From an uncultured Acidobacteriota bacterium (lineage in GTDB: Bacteria; Acidobacteriota; Terriglobia; UBA7540), in assembly GCA_963804995.1 (NCBI GenBank), contig CAWDSK010000002.1, forward strand, positions 160,001 to 224,000: 64,000 bases of DNA, given 5' to 3'. Below the pieces are notes generated by a model. The model saw only the letters and a list, made by a program, of their open reading frames with translations. It was not told the DNA's origin and made no database searches. Positions 1 to 8,928 of the stretch are shown in pieces. Numbering within the stretch: the first letter of the stretch is position 1; every line of letters begins with the position of its first letter. The position numbers and the translations under genes are program-made.

Positions 1-102
1 GGGGGCGTGAGCCCGCTCACTCCTTCGTCGTGCACCCTCTTTTCTCGCAAACTTTGCCAAATAGTGTAACCTTGACCATTGGCAACAGCGGGAGAAAATC
101 GA

Positions 103-816
103 ATGAAGGCTGCGCACATTCGCGCCATTTTCTTTGACGCAGGAAACACTCTGCTTTTTCCGCGCCTCGACGAACGGGCCCGCGACTTGGCGGGGCAGGG
201 CTACACGGCGAGGGTCGAAGATTTCCAGGCCGCTGAGCGCACCGCCAAGCAGAAGCTTGACGAGTGGCTGTGGCCGCAGATTCGCAAGGGTGAGGTGCCG
301 CGCACCATCGACCATTATTACTGGGCTGAGTATCTCGAGGCGCTGATGGTTTTGATCGGGGCTCCGGACGGTGATCGCCCTCGCTTAATACGCCTGGTGG
401 CCGATGGGTTCCGCAACATTCGCTGTTGGTCGGTGGTGAGGCCGGAGACTCCCGGTTACCTGGCATCCTTGAAACAACAGGGCTATTTTCTGGGAGTGAT
501 CTCAAACTCCGTGGGTACCATGGAGGATCAATTGAAGCACGAGGGCCTGCGCGACTACTTCCAGGCGGTTTTCGACTCCGCCCTCGTCGGGGTCGAGAAG
601 CCTCATCCGGAGATCTTTCGGATGGCCCTCGCCAGTGCGGGAGCGGCGGCCGAAGAGGCTGTCTTTGTGGGCGACACGAACGCCACGGATATTGGCGGGG
701 CACAACTCGCCGGCTTGCGGGGCGTGCTGATCGACAGAATCGGCGCCTACCCCCACGCCGAATGCCCGCGCATCACCTCCCTGCCGGAGCTCGATAAAAT
801 CCTCGCGACTTGGTGA
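103..816 (+). CDS. HAD-superfamily hydrolase (subfamily IA)
   Basis: Motifs FFDAGNTL, ISN, EKPHPEIF and VFVGD..TDI.GA; ATG at 103 preceded by GGAGA. Confidence 0.9.
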   Translation: MKAAHIRAIFFDAGNTLLFPRLDERARDLAGQGYTARVEDFQAAERTAKQKLDEWLWPQIRKGEVPRTIDHYYWAEYLEALMVLIGAPDGDRPRLIRLVADGFRNIRCWSVVRPETPGYLASLKQQGYFLGVISNSVGTMEDQLKHEGLRDYFQAVFDSALVGVEKPHPEIFRMALASAGAAAEEAVFVGDTNATDIGGAQLAGLRGVLIDRIGAYPHAECPRITSLPELDKILATW

Positions 817-1096
817 GATGAGGGGCGGTTGCAGCGTTCCCGCCGCGTTTTGAGCCTTCGAAATTGAGGAGCACCCTAAGACTTCCAAGAAACACAAGAA
901 CAACTCCATGTTGCAAGAGGACGAAGTTGAGTGGGGAGGGCATCGGGGAAAGGATGGCTGTTCGATGCGATGCTGCTCCGCAGCCTTGCGTTTCACTTGA
1001 AATCTGGTATATTGACGATGGCAACGAATTCAGTGGTTCCGCTGAAACCAGTGGGGGGTCTAAGTTACCTTCTGCGCCACAGAAAGGTGGAGAGCC

Positions 1097-1297
1097 ATGT
1101 CATTCCAGGAAGCTTTGGAGATGCTCTCGCGAGATGAACGTTTCAAGGCAACTGTTTATGCCATGAACAGCCTCCTCATCCAGAAGGGCGTCTACACTCC
1201 TGAAGAGTTTGAGCAGATGTTTAAGGAATGGGCGGAAAAAGAGCGCGCCAGAACGGATGCCACCAATACACCCCACCTTGCCGCTCCCACCCTTTAG
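1097..1297 (+). CDS. Small hypothetical protein (66 aa)
   Basis: RBS-like AAAGGTGGAG before ATG; helical-looking sequence with LLIQKGVYTPEEF. Confidence 0.6.
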   Translation: MSFQEALEMLSRDERFKATVYAMNSLLIQKGVYTPEEFEQMFKEWAEKERARTDATNTPHLAAPTL

Positions 1298-1455
1298 TTT
1301 TTCTTCCCGGTTACCAGATCCCCCCAGCTTGGCCATTCACATCCCTTTGCACGTATGCCGCAATGAGACCCAATATCACATTGGGCACAAAGGCAATCAC
1401 ACTTCGGAGGGGATTTTACCTTTCGATCAGGCTCCTTTTCAGCCTTTTTCTTCAT
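1294..1455 (-). CDS. Cysteine-rich microprotein (53 aa), putative metal-binding
   Basis: Hand translation MKKKAEKEPDRKVKSPPKCDCLCAQCDIGSHCGIRAKGCEWPSWGDLVTGKKN; GGGAGA upstream; absent from the ORF track (shortest listed ORFs are 60 aa). Confidence 0.55.
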   Translation of the reverse strand: MKKKAEKEPDRKVKSPPKCDCLCAQCDIGSHCGIRAKGCEWPSWGDLVTGKKN

Positions 1456-1496
1456 ATGGTGAACCTATCTCTCCCGGGTGAACTCCGATGCGTCGT

Positions 1497-2489
1497 TCAC
1501 TCTGCCTTATATCGCACCAGGCGGCGCATTTCTGCCTCTGCCTGGTTCATCGGGTGCGCATCCGCTTGAGCCCGCAGTTCTTTGAAGGTGGGGTAACCCG
1601 CGGCTTGGTCGTGGCGCCACTCAGCGTCGAACCGCCCGTCGCGAATTCCCGCGAGAGCGTTTTCCATGAAGCTCCGAATCTCCTTCGTAAAGCTGATGAC
1701 ACTCGCGCGCGACAGAGTTCCGTACTGGCTGGTCTGCGAGTGCAGCCGCATCTGTTTAAAGAACCCAACGTGAGCCATTTCGCGGAGTATCTCAGCGGCC
1801 TCCTCCGACCCGTACATTTCGAGCGCCACCATTTCAGGCGGGAAGCCGTGATCGGCCAGGAATTCGTACGACATCAGCATAGTTCGGATGAGGAGTGGCC
1901 ACAGCGCCTGTTCCTGGAAAAGGTTGAGCTCGGTTTCCTGCGCAAACGTCGTCTTGAAGGCGCCGGCGCGTGTGGCTCCAATTCCCCGCGACCAGCCGAG
2001 CGCAGTCTCGAGGGCATGACCGGAGGCGTCCTGCGCTACGGCGATGTAAGCCGGCACGCCACTTCCTTCGACGAAGGACTCGCGCATACGGGCGCCGATC
2101 ATCCGCGGGGCTACCATAATGACGTCCACGTCCGGGGGCGGCGCGATCAAGCCGAAATGAATGTTGTACCCATGCGCGAAATCCAAGGTCTGCCCGGGGC
2201 GGAGGCGAGTGCGGAGGATGTCGGTGTAGACTTCGCGCTGGACTTCGTCGGGGATCAGCAGCGCCAGGACATCGGCCCGCTCGACAACCTCCGCGACGGA
2301 GCGGACTGCAAAGCCGTCTTTTTCCGCTTGCGTGGCGCTCTCATCACGCAGGCTCCCGATCATGACTTCCAGTCCCGAGTCGCGCAGATTCAGCGCCTGC
2401 GCGCGGCCTTGATTCCCGTAACCGATAATTCCCAGCGTTTTGTGGCGAAGTACTTCCAGGTTGGCGTCCGGATCATAGAAAGCTTCCAT
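1497..2489 (-). CDS. ilvC: Ketol-acid reductoisomerase-like protein (divergent)
   Basis: IIGYGNQGRAQALNLRDSG, LLIPDEVQ, FAHGYNIHFGLI.PP.DVDVIMVAP; start at MEAFYD. Confidence 0.8.
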   Translation of the reverse strand: MEAFYDPDANLEVLRHKTLGIIGYGNQGRAQALNLRDSGLEVMIGSLRDESATQAEKDGFAVRSVAEVVERADVLALLIPDEVQREVYTDILRTRLRPGQTLDFAHGYNIHFGLIAPPPDVDVIMVAPRMIGARMRESFVEGSGVPAYIAVAQDASGHALETALGWSRGIGATRAGAFKTTFAQETELNLFQEQALWPLLIRTMLMSYEFLADHGFPPEMVALEMYGSEEAAEILREMAHVGFFKQMRLHSQTSQYGTLSRASVISFTKEIRSFMENALAGIRDGRFDAEWRHDQAAGYPTFKELRAQADAHPMNQAEAEMRRLVRYKAE

Positions 2490-2681
2490 TCGTTTGTTGG
2501 CACCTTTCGTGAACTTTTTGAACGTGCAAGGGGTTCCATTATCGGCGCGGGGCAGAGGGGTGTCAATCAAGCCGGGGTTCCGGTCGGCAGGAATTCCCGG
2601 AACGCCACAATGCGACGCTTCGCATTCCCCTCTCCCATGCCTATGCGTCGCGATGGGATTCATCTCCGCGGTGGCGAGGGC

Positions 2682-4436
2682 CTACTGGGGCACCACGGGA
2701 AGAATCAACGCTGAGGGATGCTCGCGATCGTGATAAATGACATTCGTCGCCTTCACCATGCGCGCCGAATGGCCTTGGTCCTCGCCGGTGTTGAGGTTGC
2801 GGTCGAAACGTGGAAAGTTGCTGCTGGAGACCTCCAGGCGCAACTTATGACCGGCCATGAACACATTGGATGTTGACCATAGGTTGAGGGTAAGCTTGCA
2901 CACCTCGCCCGGATTCATGAGCTCAGCTTTTTCACGGGAGGATCGATAACGAGTGCGCAAAATTCCTTCCGTCAGATTCCGGGCAAAGCCCTCAGGTCCT
3001 ACATCGACCACCTTCCCGGTAAAGTCCGTGTCCACGGCCGAGGAACTCACATAGATTTCGAGCGCGATGGGTCCCGTCACTTCGGTGTCCTGCTTGAAGG
3101 CGGGAGTGGTGTAAACCAATACGTCCTCGCGGTTTTCGACAGGCCGCTGGTCGAAAGCGCCGGGAGGTTGGTGAGTCCCGTCGCAGCAGAGGGGTCCACC
3201 GTGGGTTGGTGCGGGATCCGCGGGGTCGTACACGTACTGGTCGGCCGTCTCCGTGGCGGGCGCTTCTGGGCCCAGCGATCCGTCACCTCTCAAGGTGTTG
3301 GCCTTGCCCGATGAGTGCAGGTAATAGCGTGTATCATGGGCGCGCTTGAGGGGCCAGCCTTCCTCCTCACGCCAAACATTCTTGCCCATCACGAAGAGCT
3401 TCACAGGCTTCTCGCTGCCCATGCCGTTGTTAATACCCTTCAGCAGGTAGTCGTACCAGCGCAGGATAAGAGCGCTTTCGCTGAACACCGAATCTTTGCC
3501 GAAATCAACTTCGCCGATTATTGGCCCGGAACCCGCGTGGCCACCCACGATCACCAGCAAACGCTGGCCGTTCCGAGCCGCAGCGCTGCCGCCGCGGGCC
3601 TTGATCCCCAGATAGTTTTGCAGGGTGCCGTCCTGGAAGAGGTCATACCACGCGGCCACATGCAGAGCGGGGACCTGGATCTGTGAGAAGTGTTCTTCAA
3701 TCGACACCTGTTTCCAGTAATCGTCATAGGCGGGATGGGCTAACCAATCGAGATAATAATCCGCCAGGCCTTCGGGGCTGCCAAGATCCAGCACGGGGTA
3801 GTGGATGAGCGGGAGTTTCATATCCCAGCGGCTTGCGTACGAATCCCTAGCCATGCGGCGGTCGAGCGTGTCCATCGCCAGGCCCGTCGTCCAGGATTGG
3901 TCAAACCACTGTTCAAACGCGCCGCCCTGATAGGTCCAGTTCTCATGATAGTTGGAGGCGGTAACGACCGGGAGGATTCCGGCCAAGTGCGGTGGGGCGG
4001 CGATAGCGGCGAGCATCTGCGTGGCGCCGACATAAGAGCCGTCATACATCCCGACCTTGCCATTGGAGTAAGGCAGCGCGGCGGCCCACTCCACGGTGTC
4101 GTAGCCATCGCGCGACTCGTATTTGAACGGGTACCATTCACCCTCCGAAGTGTAGCGGCCGCGCACGTCTTGGATCACCACAACGTAGCCACGCGCGGCA
4201 AACATCGGCCCGTAGGACACATCATCTTTGCTCTTGTTGTAAGGCGTGCGGGTAAGCAGGACGGGGAATTTGCCCTCGGCCTTGGGCCGGTAGATGTCTG
4301 CGCGCAGCACAACTCCATCTCGCATTTTGGCAGGCACGCCGAATTCCACCGTGACCTCATAGGGTCCGGCAGCATGCGCCAGGGCTGCGCCCCAGATAAG
4401 GGTCATGATGAACGCGCAAACCACACTTCTCTTCAT
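2682..4436 (-). CDS. CocE/NonD family serine hydrolase with signal peptide
   Basis: MRDGVVLRADIYRP, RTPY, QDVRGRYTSEG, G.SY.G nucleophile, C-terminal SSSNFPRFDRNLNTG. Confidence 0.92.
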   Translation of the reverse strand: MKRSVVCAFIMTLIWGAALAHAAGPYEVTVEFGVPAKMRDGVVLRADIYRPKAEGKFPVLLTRTPYNKSKDDVSYGPMFAARGYVVVIQDVRGRYTSEGEWYPFKYESRDGYDTVEWAAALPYSNGKVGMYDGSYVGATQMLAAIAAPPHLAGILPVVTASNYHENWTYQGGAFEQWFDQSWTTGLAMDTLDRRMARDSYASRWDMKLPLIHYPVLDLGSPEGLADYYLDWLAHPAYDDYWKQVSIEEHFSQIQVPALHVAAWYDLFQDGTLQNYLGIKARGGSAAARNGQRLLVIVGGHAGSGPIIGEVDFGKDSVFSESALILRWYDYLLKGINNGMGSEKPVKLFVMGKNVWREEEGWPLKRAHDTRYYLHSSGKANTLRGDGSLGPEAPATETADQYVYDPADPAPTHGGPLCCDGTHQPPGAFDQRPVENREDVLVYTTPAFKQDTEVTGPIALEIYVSSSAVDTDFTGKVVDVGPEGFARNLTEGILRTRYRSSREKAELMNPGEVCKLTLNLWSTSNVFMAGHKLRLEVSSSNFPRFDRNLNTGEDQGHSARMVKATNVIYHDREHPSALILPVVPQ

Positions 4437-4589
4437 GGAAATCCTCTTCGGTTGGAAAATGGATGTCGTCTACTCTCTGTCTTGAGAAGCGAGATTATCT
4501 GTCACGCAGCGGCCCTTCGCAAGCGGCCCGCTGCCCGTTAATCCTTCATCCCAGAGCCGACGCTGTTGACGGCCTGCCCGGCAGATTTG

Positions 4590-5841
4590 CTAAGCGCCAG
4601 GGGCAAGCTCGCCGAGTGCCTCGAGCAACCGGTCCACTTCCCCCGCGGTGTTGTAATGTACCAGGCCAATCCGCAGCATTCCGCCGGTCGGCTCGACGCC
4701 CAAACGTTCACTGAGGTTCAGCGCGTAGTAGTTGCCATCCCATGTGAAATTGCCGCGTTCCCCGAGATACGTTGCGACCTCGCGTGGCGTGCGTCCGGCG
4801 ATACGCACCGCCACGGTGGGAACACGCTGGGCGAAGCGTGTGGAGTCCGTGATGCCGTAAAACGTGAGGCCGGGGATCTTGAGCAATGCCGGAACCAGTT
4901 GCTCGAGCAACCTGCGCTCGTACACGCGGATTGCGTCGTAGGCGGCAAGAATCGCGGCCCTGCGGCCGCTTACGGTGGGCGCGTGGTGCCGCCCAAGTTC
5001 AGCCAGGTAATCCACGGCGGCGGTGACTCCGGCCAAACCCTCGTGGTTCTGGGTTCCGGTTTCCCACCGATCGGGAATGCGATCGGCCGCTGGGCGCACC
5101 TTGTAGGGCCGCAGGCGCGTCAGGTGCTGGCGCTTCCCGTAAAGCGCCCCCGAGTGCGGGCCGAAGAACTTGTAGGGAGAGCAGACCAGAAAATCGCAGC
5201 CCAGAGTTCGCACGTCGATGGGCCCGTGCGGCGCGTAATGGACCGCGTCGATGTACGCGAGCGCCCCCACTTTGTGAGCTAGTCGTACCACTTCCGCGAC
5301 GTCGTTGATGGATCCCACGGAATTCGAAGCGTAGCCCACGGCCACTACGCGCGTGCGGGGAGTCACCTTGCTTCGCAAGTCATCCATGTCGAGCGTGCAG
5401 TCGGCAGGGTTGATGTCCACCCAGCGGATCACGCAACCGCGCTCTTCGAGAGCCGTCCAGGGTGAAACATTGCCGTCGTGGTCGAGTCGCGTAACCACGA
5501 TTTCGTCCCTCGGCCCGAATTCGCGGCCGAGGGCGCGGCTGATCGCGAAGGTCAGCGTGGTCATGTTGGGACCGAAGACAATCTCCGCGGGATCGCAGCC
5601 GAGCAGGTCAGCCATGGCTGCGTGAGCGGCGGCCATGACCTCATCACTGCGTTGGCTGGTGACAAACGCCCCGTGCGTGTTGGCGTTCGCGGAACTCGAG
5701 GTACGCGCTGATCGCGTCGATCACGCGCTGCGGAACTTGCGTTCCTCCCGGGCCGTCGAAAAACGCCGCGGGGTAGCCATTAACTTTCATCTTAAGTGCA
5801 GGGAACTGTGACCTTACCCAATCAATGTCAAACGTTGTCAT
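4590..5841 (-). CDS. Cysteine desulfurase-like class V PLP enzyme; one-base frameshift near 5692
   Basis: N-terminal VRSQFPAL..FFDGPGGTQVP (5644..5841) joins NANTHGAF...DAVHYAPH...CSPYKFFGPH (4590..5636) after removing one base. Confidence 0.88.
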
Positions 5842-6021
5842 GGGAGACTCCTCTGGAACCGCTCATCATGCGCAGGGAACTCGGAATGAGCAAGGGAAAA
5901 CTCAGACTATGGAGGGAGGATTGTTATGGCAGGGGAGGGCTGTGCCATCTGCGCGAGTTTAGCGTGGCAATTCCGCACGTGAAAAGTCATAGGAAGAAAA
6001 CGCATGAAGTTGGGAAATTAA

Positions 6022-6074
6022 GTGGGACCTCGCTCGCTATGCCCCGCGGAGAGCAACAAGTGGGACAGTCCCAC
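6022..6074. repeat. Dispersed GTGGGAC...GTCCCAC element, copy 1
   Basis: 40/46 core positions identical to 62225..62282. Confidence 0.75.
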
Positions 6075-6354
6075 TTTGATAAAAAGTCATGGAACTTACG
6101 CAAGATGAGTCGAAGCGCACACCCTGCCGAGCCCGACCTTCCCCCCGGCGCCGAGCCGGACGTGCCGATTTTCCACCTCTGGCTCTCACGCCAATTCTAT
6201 TAAGAACCGCGTCTGAAAGCAGGCAGCAGCAGGGCGAAGTGGCAACCCAACGATCGAGCCCTGCTTATTGTCGTAATAACACAAATGGCAGAGAATCCTT
6301 GCTACGAAAGCCAGGAATTGCGGACTTGGGTAATGGTGCAGTCTGATGTGGAGG

Positions 6355-6418
6355 CGGCGGCATTCATCCCGATCTGATCGGGACGCCGCCATATGGCGAG
6401 GTAAACTCGCCGCTACAT
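6355..6418. repeat. REP-like (GTAG-type) palindromic element
   Basis: CGCCGCCATATGGCGAGGTAAACTCGCCGCTACAT is the near reverse complement of 28376..28410. Confidence 0.75.
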
Positions 6419-6495
6419 GATCAAACCGCGCCACTATCCGGACTTGCATTGCGGAGCATTCGCCCACGGCCTCGCGGGCGCGTCGAGCCACGGCG

Positions 6496-7077
6496 TTAGT
6501 TTCCTTCCTCGTGCCCCTGGGAGACGCGGACGAGCTCGATCAGGGTCTTGTCGCCCTGGCTTTTCAGCGCCACCACTTTTTCCTGTTTGTCGTGCTTGAT
6601 TTCGAAGACGGTTTTGCCCTCTTCGTCCTTTTCTTTGTACTTCGTCACCTGATCGCCCAGGCGGTCGTGGTAGAAGGCGCGGACTTTATCCACGGAATCG
6701 GGGGTCTCGAACTTCCCGGCGCGAACACGAACCTTTGCTTCGTCGGCGATATCGATATTCACCGTAGCGGATTCCTGATCCGGCACACGGGTGGCGCCGG
6801 GATAAATCGGCAGCCCCAAGCTGGCTTCATTCACGTCGGGGTGGACCTCCAGCGAGCCGAGGGGCGTTTTGATGGAGACTTCCTTCTTTCCGCTGTCGGC
6901 TTGCTGGACTTGCACGTGGACCGCGCTCGACAAAAAGCGCAGTCCTCCCCAAACGGCCATGCCGGCAATCACGACAATCAGCGCCAGAACGAGCAGGGCG
7001 ATGGCGACGATATGGCTGCTACTTTGGGGCGCCTGCGGCGGCTGGGGAGGGCGTGGAGGTACAGGACCTGTGGCCAT
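6496..7077 (-). CDS. Hypothetical single-pass membrane protein
   Basis: Pro-rich N-terminus, one TM helix, LGLPIYPGA motif; AAGGAG RBS. Confidence 0.8.
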   Translation of the reverse strand: MATGPVPPRPPQPPQAPQSSSHIVAIALLVLALIVVIAGMAVWGGLRFLSSAVHVQVQQADSGKKEVSIKTPLGSLEVHPDVNEASLGLPIYPGATRVPDQESATVNIDIADEAKVRVRAGKFETPDSVDKVRAFYHDRLGDQVTKYKEKDEEGKTVFEIKHDKQEKVVALKSQGDKTLIELVRVSQGHEEGN

Positions 7078-7321
7078 GGTTTAGGGCTCCTTTTTTGCTG
7101 ACTGATGGTATTTACGCCTGCTGGCCCTCCAAAGTTCCACGCCTCCCAAATGTCTTCTGCTGCGATCAACTCCAGACGCATGGCCTGGCACCCGCAGGCC
7201 TGCCCGGCCAATAAGGTCTGCCACGGCCGGGAATCTCGTGAAGCATCACCGCAGTCGGCACGTCAGCGGGTCGTCAAGAAAGGTGTTCTCCACGGCCCTT
7301 CACGCCGGCTCTGGCTCGTCC

Positions 7322-8920
7322 TTACGGCAGCGTCAAGGTCGGGTTCAGTTCCTGGGCGCGGCGAAATTCGGCTTTGGCCGCTTCCTCCTGCCCTGCTCTC
7401 CTCAGTGCCAGACCCAGGTTGTAGTGCGCGTCGGCATAAGTCGGGCGCAGGCCGAGAGCCCGGCGAAACTCGGCGACGGCCTCCTCAATCTGTCCGCTCT
7501 CGAGCAACGCCAAGCCAAGGTCGTTGCGCGCCTCCGGGAAGTCCGGTCGAAGCTTTACCGCCTCGCGAAATTCTCGAACCGCGCCCTCGAGATCATGCTT
7601 TTGCTGCAGCGCCAAGCCAAGATTTAGGCAAGCGTCAAGGTAGTTCGGATTCAGATCGAGCGTTTCGCGAAACTCGCTGACGGCGCGGTCCAGCTCTCCG
7701 GCCTGGGCGGCGGCCAGCCCTCGGTTGTAATGCGCCTCGGCCGAGTCCGGCGCGAGAGCGATGGCGCGGTCGAACTCAGCGACAGCGCCGGGGTGGTCGC
7801 CGGCTTGCCAGAGTAGCTTTCCCAGGCTGGTGTGCGCCTCCAGATAGTCGGGCTTCAGCTCGATGGCCTTTTCGAAATCACTCTCGGCCGAGCGCGCATC
7901 TCCCTTCTGTTCCCAGGCCAGGCCCATCAACTCGTAAGCCACGGGGTTCTCTTTCCACAATTCGAGCGCGCTGCGCGCATCTCTCAGTGTTGCGTCCGGG
8001 TCGTGCTGCGTCAAGTGGTCTGCGGCCGAGGCGGTCAGGCGCTTGGCTTGTGCGAGATTTTGGCGCGACTGGCTCAGCCCTGCAATCTGCTGCATCTCAG
8101 CGGCCGCCGCTCCACCCTGCCCTGCCTGCCGGAGGACCACGGCGCGGTTGTAGCGCGCCGCTTCGTAATCGGGCTTGATAGCGAGGGCGGCTTGGAATTC
8201 GGCCAGCGCCTCAGCAAGCTTTCCCTCCGTGCGCAGCGCCACGCCCAGGTTGTAGTGGGCTTCCGCATCATCAGGAGCCAGCCGCGCTGCAACACGGAAT
8301 TCCTCCCTGGCCTCCGCTTCTCTGCCCAGCCGGCGCAGCGCCACCCCGCGTCGCTCGTGAGCCGGCGCGAAATCCGGCTTGAGACGAACGGCTTGGCCAA
8401 ACTCGGAAACCGCACTCTGGAGATCACCTTTCTGTCCGAGCGCCAGCCCCAGGTTGTAATGCCCCTCAACTGACTTCGGGTCCAGCTCAACGGCGCGACG
8501 CAATTCCCGCAGGGACTCTTCAAGGTCATACTTGTTCAGGAGGGCTAATCCGAAGGCCAGGTGGATGGGAGCCGAGGAGGGACGGAGGCGCGCTGCCGAC
8601 CGGAAAGCTCCCAAGGCCTGATCGAGGTCCCCGATGTGTTCCAGGGAAACTCCCAGATTGTAATAAGCCTCCGCATAGTCAGGGCGCAGCCGGATGGCTT
8701 CGCGAAATTCGCGCAGGGCGGCGACGTGGTCGGTTTGGCGCGCGAGCGCGATGCCTTGCTCGTTATGGCGGCGAGCCTCCTCTTGGGTATCGACGGTGCC
8801 CGCGGCGGTGGGTGGTGTCGAAGCCGTCCCCGGGCTTCCGGCGGCCACCCCCAGGAAAAGAACGGGACTCGCCACGGCGGCCCAGCCTAGCCAGAAAACT
8901 AATTTTTTGGTCCCTCGCAT
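7322..8920 (-). CDS. Tetratricopeptide repeat protein, exported
   Basis: Many 34-aa repeats (AH/YYNLG.AL...G....A...F..A..L.P); signal peptide; directly downstream of the TonB receptor. Confidence 0.93.
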   Translation of the reverse strand: MRGTKKLVFWLGWAAVASPVLFLGVAAGSPGTASTPPTAAGTVDTQEEARRHNEQGIALARQTDHVAALREFREAIRLRPDYAEAYYNLGVSLEHIGDLDQALGAFRSAARLRPSSAPIHLAFGLALLNKYDLEESLRELRRAVELDPKSVEGHYNLGLALGQKGDLQSAVSEFGQAVRLKPDFAPAHERRGVALRRLGREAEAREEFRVAARLAPDDAEAHYNLGVALRTEGKLAEALAEFQAALAIKPDYEAARYNRAVVLRQAGQGGAAAAEMQQIAGLSQSRQNLAQAKRLTASAADHLTQHDPDATLRDARSALELWKENPVAYELMGLAWEQKGDARSAESDFEKAIELKPDYLEAHTSLGKLLWQAGDHPGAVAEFDRAIALAPDSAEAHYNRGLAAAQAGELDRAVSEFRETLDLNPNYLDACLNLGLALQQKHDLEGAVREFREAVKLRPDFPEARNDLGLALLESGQIEEAVAEFRRALGLRPTYADAHYNLGLALRRAGQEEAAKAEFRRAQELNPTLTLP

Positions 8921-8928
8921 CACGTCGC

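Noticed and set aside
1488..2714. Long antisense ORFs (also 9685..10740, 17888..19234, 21721..22896, 28440..29585, 47032..48213, 58300..59619)
   Set aside because: Shadow frames opposite well-supported genes in GC-rich DNA; no recognisable motifs
5926..5982. 18-aa ORF MAGEGCAICASLAWQFRT with strong RBS and CxxC
   Set aside because: Too short to support without conservation or expression data
5796..6491. ORFs 5796..6203, 6089..6346 and 6186..6491
   Set aside because: They run through repeat elements and have non-protein-like composition
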